This document shows, piece after piece, positions 16,484-22,677 of a stretch of 32,000 bases of DNA; position 1 is the first letter of the stretch; each line of letters begins with the position of its first letter. The notes beneath the pieces are model-generated. The model worked only from the letters and a program-made list of their open reading frames with translations. It ran no database searches and had not been told where the DNA came from. The stretch is taken from positions 11,499-43,498 of IMG/VR virus record IMGVR_UViG_3300045988_156141; one strand, 5' to 3'. The stretch comes from a virus. A program made the position numbers and the translations under genes.

Positions 16484-16849
16484 ATGCCAAAAGAAGAACA
16501 AATACAATTCGTTCAGATGGCTATGCAAAAATCATTCAGTGGCCCATTACCACCATCTGAGGATTTTGCAAGATATGAACAAGTAACACCTGGAGCAGGT
16601 GATCGTATATTAAAGATGGCCGAAGATCAGGCAAAACATAGACAATCACTAGAAATGAAAATGCTAAAAAGCGAAGTTCGTAGTACATTGATTGGGCAAA
16701 TAATGGCTTTTAGTATTTGTGTAATTGTTTTGGTAGCTGGTATATATTTTGTTTTAAAAGGCATGAATAACAAAGGCTTCGTGGCTATATTCACTCCACT
16801 TGCCTTTTTGATAGGATCATTTTTATACAATAAGAATAAAAACGATTGA
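16484..16849 (+). CDS. DUF2335-like membrane protein
   Basis: FSGPLPPSEDFARYEQVTPGAGDRILKMAEDQAKHRQSLE followed by two TM segments matches the DUF2335 pattern. The start is uncertain (ATG 16484 has a weak RBS, and the ORF is open from 16340). Confidence 0.6.
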   Translation: MPKEEQIQFVQMAMQKSFSGPLPPSEDFARYEQVTPGAGDRILKMAEDQAKHRQSLEMKMLKSEVRSTLIGQIMAFSICVIVLVAGIYFVLKGMNNKGFVAIFTPLAFLIGSFLYNKNKND

Positions 16850-16852
16850 TTA

Positions 16853-16951
16853 TGTACGTGAGGATAGAAAGATGGCTATCGCACATGAAAATGTCAAGGG
16901 TAGGGATGTAAATCCCGATGAGATGTGGGAACTATCGCCCCACCACGTACA
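16853..16951 (+). other. ~100-nt GC-enriched structured element (possible RNA element or att-related sequence)
   Basis: An 8-bp closing helix TGTACGTG (16853-16860) / CACGTACA (16944-16951). There is an internal GGGAT-GUAA-ATCCC hairpin (16903-16916, GNRA-type loop). GGATAG (16862-16867) is complementary to two CTATC copies (within the CTATCGC direct repeat at ~16886 and ~16932). Confidence 0.3.
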
Positions 16952-16968
16952 TAACAAATACATAAAAA

Positions 16969-17013
16969 GAAAAACAGATAGTGTATGCTGCTCAACACCA
17001 CTATCTGTTTTTC
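16969..17013. terminator. bidirectional intrinsic terminator
   Basis: AAAAA-ACAGATAGTG ... CACTATCTGT-TTTTT. The 10-bp stem is flanked by A and T runs. Confidence 0.7.
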
Positions 17014-17186
17014 GTTCTCTGCTAATCTTTTCTTGAGGAAATAGAAAAAAGCCTAAAATATTTATCATGTACACATGAATAATAACATCACATTTTAAAA
17101 AGAGTAATTAAAAATGCAAAATATTAATAAATATTTACAAAACAAAATTAGTTAATAATATAACCAAAAGTTCATTAAAAATTCTA

Positions 17187-17196
17187 CCCCCCCCCC
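17187..17196 (+). repeat. homopolymeric C10 tract followed by G-A7
   Basis: Counted directly in the sequence. It is the only long G/C homopolymer I saw in the window. Confidence 0.9.
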
Positions 17197-17281
17197 GAAA
17201 AAAATTCAATACTGGCAATGTGATATATAACCATTTGCACTTTTTAGTATTATATTTGCACAATTTAATACAAAACAGGCA

Positions 17282-17312
17282 TTGACATATAAAATTTAAG
17301 ACTTATTATATA
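17282..17312 (+). promoter_or_regulatory. candidate promoter (TTGACA with AT-rich -10 candidates)
   Basis: TTGACA at 17282-17287 with ATTATA/TATATA at 17-19 nt spacing. Two ATTTGCAC direct repeats lie upstream (17233-17240 and 17254-17261, 21 bp apart). Confidence 0.35.
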
Positions 17313-17373
17313 TTATAATAAGGAAAACGTTTTTCTTTTTATTCATAGAAAATGAATGGAAAGGGATGATCTT

Positions 17374-17493
17374 ATGGAAAGGGATTTATGGATAAAAAAA
17401 TTAATTATCCTGGCAGAAAAGCTTAACGTGGATGATCTGCAAATTCTGTATAATCATGCACAAAGACTTCTGTTATCATCTAAAAATGAATAA
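17374..17493 (+). CDS. 39-aa helical micro-protein (45 aa if started at 17356)
   Basis: Product is MERDLWIKKLIILAEKLNVDDLQILYNHAQRLLLSSKNE. The start region contains the 12-bp direct repeat ATGGAAAGGGAT (17356 and 17374). RBS is weak. Confidence 0.3.
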   Translation: MERDLWIKKLIILAEKLNVDDLQILYNHAQRLLLSSKNE

Positions 17494-17638
17494 CACTAAT
17501 ACCTATAGGTATTTACGCGCAAATTTAAAAGAAGGATACTAAATGGAAGAAAAAAAGAGAATCTCAATTGCAGAAAGATTTGAATGCTATTAAGACTAAA
17601 ATTTGGCCTGATGAAGTAGTTGGCAAAGAGGAAATAAA

Positions 17639-17660
17639 AGCTAGGGAATTTACCCTAGCT
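17639..17660. terminator. bidirectional terminator hairpin
   Basis: Stem AGCTAGGG / CCCTAGCT with a 6-nt loop and T-rich flanks on both strands. It lies 8 nt past the stop of the Ltp-like gene. Confidence 0.6.
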
Positions 17661-17667
17661 TATTCTT

Positions 17668-18675
17668 TTAATATCCGTTTCGTGTTACACCATATTCAGC
17701 TTGTTCTTGTGTAAATCCATCAAACATCAATTGTTCAATTAATCCTTGTCTAGAAAAAGACATGACACTTAAATAATCCATCGCTTTTAATGCAGCTTCT
17801 TCATCCCAATTTGCGTTAGTATGATCTGCGCCGTATTCTGCTTCTTCTTGAGTGTACCCGTCATAAAGCAATTGGTCAATTAGTCCTTTTCTTGAAAATT
17901 CATAATAATCTAAATAATCTAAAGCTCTATTCAATGCGTTTTTCTGACCTACTGTTGGAGTTGGAGCGGATGAATTTGTGCTTGCACTTGAGTCTGTATT
18001 TGGCGTTGTTGTAGTTGTTGATGAATCTGAAGTTGAATTGGTTGTGTTACTTGTAGTTTCTTCTTTTTCATCTGTGATTGATACATTCTCAACTATATCC
18101 AAAATATCGTTGTAGTAATTATATTCTAATCCGTCATACTGAACATAAGATAAAACTCCGTATCCGTTATGCTTGTTGTTTGAAATAAAATATAAATTTA
18201 CATTTGCGTATATAGATTGATTATCAAGAATAACGTGTCCACTATTACTTATTAGTTTATAATACTGATAGTTTCCTTGTTCATTTTTAAATGATTTTTC
18301 TTCTATTTCATAATCTTTTGGAAGATACTTAAAGGCATCTGTCTCTAAAAACGAATCAGTATATTCATCTATGCTAGAATCATTTAATTCTTCATTAACC
18401 CAAGTTAATCCCATTACTGTAAAATCTGAATTGTCAGCTATGAACACAACAGGATTAACATCATCTTTATCAGTGATTTTAAAATAGTTAGGTACATGGA
18501 ATTGAACATTATCTAATTCATATTTAGTTGTTGATGATAAATTAAAACCATTTCTATCTTCAAGTTCAACTTCTTCTGTTTTGTTATCAGCTTTAACTCT
18601 TTCTTTGTAGCTTGTACATCCTGTACACATAGATAGTGCAAGCACAGAAATCCCAATAGTTTTGAATAATTTCAT
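17668..18675 (-). CDS. Ltp-type surface lipoprotein (superinfection exclusion candidate)
   Basis: Signal peptide with lipobox (ALSMCTGC) and a Ser/Thr-rich linker. The C-terminus has two Ltp repeats (ALNRALDYLDYYEFSRKGLIDQLLYDGYTQEEAEYG and ALKAMDYLSVMSFSRQGLIEQLMFDGFTQEQAEYG). Confidence 0.8.
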   Translation of the reverse strand: MKLFKTIGISVLALSMCTGCTSYKERVKADNKTEEVELEDRNGFNLSSTTKYELDNVQFHVPNYFKITDKDDVNPVVFIADNSDFTVMGLTWVNEELNDSSIDEYTDSFLETDAFKYLPKDYEIEEKSFKNEQGNYQYYKLISNSGHVILDNQSIYANVNLYFISNNKHNGYGVLSYVQYDGLEYNYYNDILDIVENVSITDEKEETTSNTTNSTSDSSTTTTTPNTDSSASTNSSAPTPTVGQKNALNRALDYLDYYEFSRKGLIDQLLYDGYTQEEAEYGADHTNANWDEEAALKAMDYLSVMSFSRQGLIEQLMFDGFTQEQAEYGVTRNGY

Positions 18676-18761
18676 TTTTTAACCCTCGATTGTTTACGCT
18701 AAGTAAACGCTTTCCACTTTATATGTTAATCATACAATAAATCTAACCAAAAAAGAACAAC

Positions 18762-19172
18762 CTATTTGTTGTTCTTTTCTTTTTCTCTTTTAGCTAATTC
18801 TCTATTTACAATTGACCACAAATAATCTGCAACTTGTTGCTTTATATCCGGCGGTGCTTCAAGGTATCCTCGCACAAGCCATTTATCTTCTGGCTTTAAT
18901 CCATAATCTTCGATTAGTTGATCTATTTTTGAATCAGGTATAGAAATGAACATATCGTCTCCAATACCTTCAGTTAACCATACATAGTCAACGTTAAATT
19001 CTCGACATATAGAATTGATGGTTTGGCTTGATGGATTGGTAGTTCCTTTTTCAATGTTATTGATTGAACCTTTTGAGATACCTATTTGTTTACCGAATTT
19101 TTCCATACTCAAATTAAAATGTTTACGTATTTTATATATTCTCGACCCTATATGTTCTTCCACGATTTTCAC
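18762..19172 (-). CDS. XRE-family (cI-like) repressor
   Basis: HTH_3 pattern LSMEKFGKQIGISKGSINNIEKGTTNPSSQTINSICREFNVDYVWL. It is divergent from the early promoter. The likely start is the GTG at 19163, 6 nt after AGAGGTG. Confidence 0.85.
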   Translation of the reverse strand: MKIVEEHIGSRIYKIRKHFNLSMEKFGKQIGISKGSINNIEKGTTNPSSQTINSICREFNVDYVWLTEGIGDDMFISIPDSKIDQLIEDYGLKPEDKWLVRGYLEAPPDIKQQVADYLWSIVNRELAKREKEKNNK

Positions 19173-19207
19173 CTCTTAACTGCTTACACTGTGATTATAC
19201 ATTAAAA

Positions 19208-19299
19208 AGTATGCCGAGTATACAAAAAAACAAATTATTTGAATAATTTAAAGTTGACATAGTATGCAACGCATACTTATAATGTATGTGTAACATACA
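19208..19299. promoter_or_regulatory. three 16-17-bp operators (GTATGY half-sites) overlapping the early promoter TTGACA-18-TATAAT
   Basis: O-a is AGTATGCCGAGTATAC (19208-19223, imperfect). O-b is AGTATGC-AAC-GCATACT (19261-19277, perfect). O-c is TGTATGT-GTA-ACATACA (19283-19299, perfect). TTGACA is at 19254-19259 and TATAAT at 19278-19283. Confidence 0.75.
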
Positions 19300-19325
19300 A
19301 AAAGTATTTTAAAAGGAGGGATGTA

Positions 19326-19478
19326 ATGACTGATGAGGAAAATGTCACTAAAGAAGCTTTGGATACGCTCGAAAAGATGGGATATGACATCAACGAGTAT
19401 GATCGAGGTTTTATCGCATGTATTTTGACTCAGAGCAAAAGAAAAGGCTCAGAAGGAAAGGAGAACGAAGAAAAATGA
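19326..19478 (+). CDS. 50-aa first early gene product, unknown
   Basis: GGAGGG RBS and an ATGA overlap with the next gene. Confidence 0.5.
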   Translation: MTDEENVTKEALDTLEKMGYDINEYDRGFIACILTQSKRKGSEGKENEEK

Positions 19479-19735
19479 AAGCATATGTGACTGTTAGAGA
19501 TGTGATGCTTGTTTTACCTGTAAAAGATACACAAGCTAGAAAGATTTTACATAATCTACGCAAGAAAAAAAATAAAAAGGGTGAAATGTTTGAAGGATCA
19601 TATCGAGACACTATGCTTGGAAAGATTCTTGCAGTTCCTACTCCGTTGTTTGTTGAATATTTCCCTGAAACCCGAAGTGCACTTAATGACATTTGGAAGG
19701 AACAAATAAAAAGCACGCTTGACCAAGCGTGCTAG
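19475..19735 (+). CDS. small DNA-binding-type protein (excisionase/Cro-like candidate)
   Basis: ATG follows AAGGAG. MKAYVTVRDVMLVLPVKDTQARKILHNLRKKK resembles HTH_17/Xis-type N-termini. The assignment is weak. Confidence 0.45.
   Translation: MKAYVTVRDVMLVLPVKDTQARKILHNLRKKKNKKGEMFEGSYRDTMLGKILAVPTPLFVEYFPETRSALNDIWKEQIKSTLDQAC
19712..19733. repeat. perfect GC-rich palindrome AGCACGCTTG-AC-CAAGCGTGCT
   Basis: The 10-bp arms were read directly from the sequence. It overlaps the last codons of the 19475 gene. Confidence 0.9.
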
Positions 19736-19802
19736 GGTAGTGAGCCCTGCATAAATTAACCACATGATTATTATACCACAGAAAATTAAAGGAGTAATGA
19801 AA

Positions 19803-20021
19803 ATGACAAAAAAAGAAGAAAAAGAAACTTGGGAGATTCCAAATTTCGATAAGTATGACATCTATAAGTTAGATGATAAGCTTGTCATTAATGAGAAACC
19901 TAAGCCAAAGAATTATGTAGTTGCGTGTACATTTATTAATATTGCCTTACTTGCATTGAATGTATGCGTGTTCTTGTCTACTAAGATTTTGGTTACAACT
20001 ATTATCCAGGTAGTAAAGTAA
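19803..20021 (+). CDS. small membrane protein (C-terminal TM)
   Basis: ATG lies 8 nt after GGAG. TM segment is VVACTFINIALLALNVCVFLSTKILV. Confidence 0.55.
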   Translation: MTKKEEKETWEIPNFDKYDIYKLDDKLVINEKPKPKNYVVACTFINIALLALNVCVFLSTKILVTTIIQVVK

Positions 20022-20022
20022 T

Positions 20023-20922
20023 ATGACTAAGGATGAGTTACAAGCAAAAATTGACGGGTTTATTGAAGAAGAAACAGCGGATGAAAAAAGTAAGAATACC
20101 ATTCGTAAATACAAGCATGTTGCTACTTTGTTTGTTAACTCATTGCCTGATGGTGAAATACAAAAGTCCGATATAGTTGGTGTTAAAGATAAATTGCTGC
20201 ATGATTATAAAATCAGTACGGTAAACAACTATATTGTGATAATAAATAAATTTATTAAATATGCAGAAATCATAGATTCAGATGATGATTTCAATTTCCT
20301 GAAACTTAAAAAATATTATTCAAAGAATTTATTGAAGAACGTAAGAGTCCAGAAAGACGATTCTTTGGATGATATTCTAGAGCCTAATGAATTTCAAAGA
20401 CTACTGAAAAAAGCCCGGGAAATCAATCGTATGGACTTATACGAGATTATGAAGGTGTTTGGGTATACGGGAATTAGGTTGAGCGAATTACAGTTTTTCA
20501 CTGTTGAAGCAGTAACGGATGATAATGTGTATGTTATGAACAAAGGAAAAGGTCGAGGAATCATTCTACGTTCAGACTTGCGACGAGAACTCCTTAAATA
20601 CTGCAAGGACAACAAAATTGAAGAAGGGTGTATATTTACATCTTCTGATAAGAAAAGTCCTGTAAACGCTCGTGTGTTGTCTAGAGACTTAAAGATGGTT
20701 GCTGGTAAATGCAGAGGAATTAAGCTTGGTAAAGTACATCCTCATGCATTCAGACATTTGTTTGCGATTCAGTATTTGATGCAGAATGGTGAAAATGCGA
20801 TTGCAGAACTAGCTGACATTTTGGGCCATTCTAGTTTAGAAACTACAAGAATCTATGTTCGCACAACACGGAAAATGAAAAAGCAGAATCTTGAATCATT
20901 GAGCTATGCGAAAAGAAAGTAG
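20023..20922 (+). CDS. second tyrosine recombinase (XerC/D-like, no arm-binding domain)
   Basis: 299 aa with motifs GYTGIRLSEL (Arg), VHPHAFRHLFAIQY (H-x-x-R) and LGHSSLETTRIYV (Tyr). The N-terminus has a SAM-like core-binding domain. Confidence 0.85.
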   Translation: MTKDELQAKIDGFIEEETADEKSKNTIRKYKHVATLFVNSLPDGEIQKSDIVGVKDKLLHDYKISTVNNYIVIINKFIKYAEIIDSDDDFNFLKLKKYYSKNLLKNVRVQKDDSLDDILEPNEFQRLLKKAREINRMDLYEIMKVFGYTGIRLSELQFFTVEAVTDDNVYVMNKGKGRGIILRSDLRRELLKYCKDNKIEEGCIFTSSDKKSPVNARVLSRDLKMVAGKCRGIKLGKVHPHAFRHLFAIQYLMQNGENAIAELADILGHSSLETTRIYVRTTRKMKKQNLESLSYAKRK

Positions 20923-20930
20923 GGAATGGA

Positions 20931-21122
20931 ATGGATGTTAAATTTGCAGTGGATGTTGGATGGATGGTAACAATCACGATTGCTTTTATTTTAGAATTTA
21001 TTGAAACTAAATTCTATGACTATAAAGACGATATTAAAAGACATGCAATTCAGTATTTTAAATTTTGGTTCTATGGACATGCATGTGCATTTGGACTATG
21101 TCATGCGTTTCTTTCAATTTGA
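20931..21122 (+). CDS. small membrane protein
   Basis: 63 aa with two hydrophobic segments. It overlaps the convergent gene by 22 nt. Confidence 0.45.
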   Translation: MDVKFAVDVGWMVTITIAFILEFIETKFYDYKDDIKRHAIQYFKFWFYGHACAFGLCHAFLSI

Positions 21123-21556
21123 TCTAGAAAGAGACTGAAAGAGTCAGATATATCAGCCAACATGTTAGTGAATTCCAATTCAGATTTAATATTAGATTTT
21201 TTTTGATCTAACAAATACGTATTAACTTCATCCATTTTATCATGTAGTTCTTTGTCAGGGATTAGCATTCGAGATTTTAAATAGGCAGCACGATATTCTT
21301 TTAATAAAGTGTTCCCATCTGATCTATTGTATCTAGCGGCTTTGTCTAAATAATCAGAGAAAACACTTAATAATTGATTGTAATGCTCTTGAGTAATTGG
21401 TGCACGAGCTTGGATTATAGAAACAAGTTCCTTATTAGCAGCTATAATTTTCTCTACTTTAATCGACTTATGAAGGCCTACACAAGATGGAATTATCGCG
21501 ACTATATAAGGCCACGATTTAAAAGCAAAATTTAAAAAATCATTATCAAATTTCAT
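21101..21556 (-). CDS. minus-strand membrane-anchored helical protein (moron; function unknown)
   Basis: ATG at 21556 follows AAAGAGG with TGTATAAT upstream. It has an N-terminal TM (WPYIVAIIPSCVGL) and a helical C-domain. It is antisense to the early operon direction. Confidence 0.6.
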   Translation of the reverse strand: MKFDNDFLNFAFKSWPYIVAIIPSCVGLHKSIKVEKIIAANKELVSIIQARAPITQEHYNQLLSVFSDYLDKAARYNRSDGNTLLKEYRAAYLKSRMLIPDKELHDKMDEVNTYLLDQKKSNIKSELEFTNMLADISDSFSLFLDQIERNA

Positions 21557-21603
21557 ATAAATATACCTCTTTTCGAGGTAATTATACAAGACGGGAGAAA
21601 TAA

Positions 21604-21867
21604 ATGAAAGAAGCTACTAATGTTAATACAGGTGATGTTATCCAGGTTCAAAATGCATCATATGAGGTTCTACAGGTAGTTCCTGATGCAGTTTATATGT
21701 TTGAAGAATATGGAATAACAGCTGCTCTTGTACAAAGAAAAAATGTTTCTTGTATGGGTGCAGCATATCGTTTTTATCAGGTGGATGGAAGGCTTTATGA
21801 GCTTGTGATTCTACCTAAAAGTAATACAAGGAATAGAAAGAGAATAAAGGAAATATCTTTATTCTGA
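21604..21867 (+). CDS. hypothetical early protein
   Basis: 87 aa with GGGAGA RBS. Confidence 0.6.
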   Translation: MKEATNVNTGDVIQVQNASYEVLQVVPDAVYMFEEYGITAALVQRKNVSCMGAAYRFYQVDGRLYELVILPKSNTRNRKRIKEISLF

Positions 21868-21876
21868 GGATAGAAA

Positions 21877-22677
21877 ATGAAACACAGTTTTGATGCAGAA
21901 ATTGCGAATGAATATGGAGTTGAAATAGCTATCATGTTCGATATGTTTTGTTTTTGGATCAGCAAGAACGAAGCAAATAATTACAATTTCCAGGACGGGA
22001 AATATTGGACGTTCAATACTTATGAAGGACTACATAAAATGTTCCCGTATTGGAATGTTCAAAAGATAAAAAGAATCTTAAATAAAATGGTTGAACTGGA
22101 CTTGTTAGTTAAGGGAAACTATAACGAAAATCCATGGAATCATACAACTTGGTATGCGTTTGGAGAAGTAGGACAAAAGTTAAAAAATGCTTTATCTATC
22201 GATTGGTCAAAAGTTACTAATCGAACGGTCGAAAATGGCAATTGTAGAATAGTCAAAAATGACCAATGTACAATGGTCAAAAATGACCAATCTAAGACAG
22301 TTATATACACAGTTAGTAACACAGTTAATAAAAGAAATATAAAAGAAAGTTCCGACGACACTGATTTATCAGCATCAGAAACAATCCCTTATGTTGAAAT
22401 TATTGACTACTTGAATTCTAAATGTTCAAAGCGTTACAAACACAACAATAGAATTGCTAGAGAGAAGATTCGTGCTAGATGGAATGAAGGATTCAAATTA
22501 GAAGACTTTAAGCTTGTGATTGATGTTAAAGCGTGTGAATGGTTAAACGATCCACATATGAACAAGTATCTAAGACCTGATACGTTGTTTGGATCTAAGT
22601 TTGAAATTTATCTGAACAGTGTAGCACCTAAACAAAAAACAAATGATTTTGTGATCACGAAAGGAATGAAGATGTAA
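21877..22677 (+). CDS. replisome organizer (DnaD-like, conserved phage C-terminal domain)
   Basis: The N-terminus looks like a winged helix. The C-terminal IPYVEIIDYLNSKCSKRYKHNNRIAREKIRARWNEGFKLEDFKLVIDVKACEWLNDPHMNKYLRPDTLFG matches the DnaD/phage replisome-organizer C-domain pattern. Confidence 0.8.
   Translation: MKHSFDAEIANEYGVEIAIMFDMFCFWISKNEANNYNFQDGKYWTFNTYEGLHKMFPYWNVQKIKRILNKMVELDLLVKGNYNENPWNHTTWYAFGEVGQKLKNALSIDWSKVTNRTVENGNCRIVKNDQCTMVKNDQSKTVIYTVSNTVNKRNIKESSDDTDLSASETIPYVEIIDYLNSKCSKRYKHNNRIAREKIRARWNEGFKLEDFKLVIDVKACEWLNDPHMNKYLRPDTLFGSKFEIYLNSVAPKQKTNDFVITKGMKM
22206..22327 (+). repeat. iteron array (candidate ori) inside the replisome organizer gene
   Basis: Four direct repeats at 22-24 bp spacing. 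They are GTCAAAAGTTACTAAT (22206), GTCGAAAATGGCAATT (22228) and GTCAAAAATGACCAAT at 22252 and 22276 (identical). ACACAGTTA x2 follows (22307, 22319) with AT-rich DNA. Confidence 0.7.

Noticed and set aside
16234-16849. Possibility that 16234-16449 and the 16340-16849 frame are one gene joined by a programmed frameshift, or one gene split by a frameshift mutation.
   Set aside because: I could see no slippery heptamer or stimulatory structure in the overlap. DUF2335 proteins normally carry a variable ~50-aa N-terminus of their own. I kept them as two genes, with an uncertain start for the second.
16850-17074. 74-aa minus-strand ORF.
   Set aside because: It runs through the structured element and the bidirectional terminator. 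It has no RBS and is better explained as non-coding.
14869-17095. A shared 10-mer AATAACATCA (about 14871 and about 17083) considered as possible att-type direct repeats flanking the int module.
   Set aside because: A 10-nt AT-rich match between two AT-rich regions of ~300 and ~800 bp is expected by chance at roughly this frequency, and there is no longer flanking identity.
17321-17335. Near-palindrome GAAAACGTTTTTC considered as a hairpin or terminator.
   Set aside because: The arms are contiguous, so an RNA hairpin would have no loop, and they are asymmetric (A4 versus T5). It is more likely just A/T-tract sequence.
19411-19861. Minus-strand ORFs 19411-19716 and 19598-19861, and the long form of the + ORF starting at 19418.
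   Set aside because: The minus-strand ORFs are antisense to the early genes. The + ORF more plausibly starts at the ATG at 19475, which has an AAGGAG RBS and an ATGA overlap with the preceding ORF.
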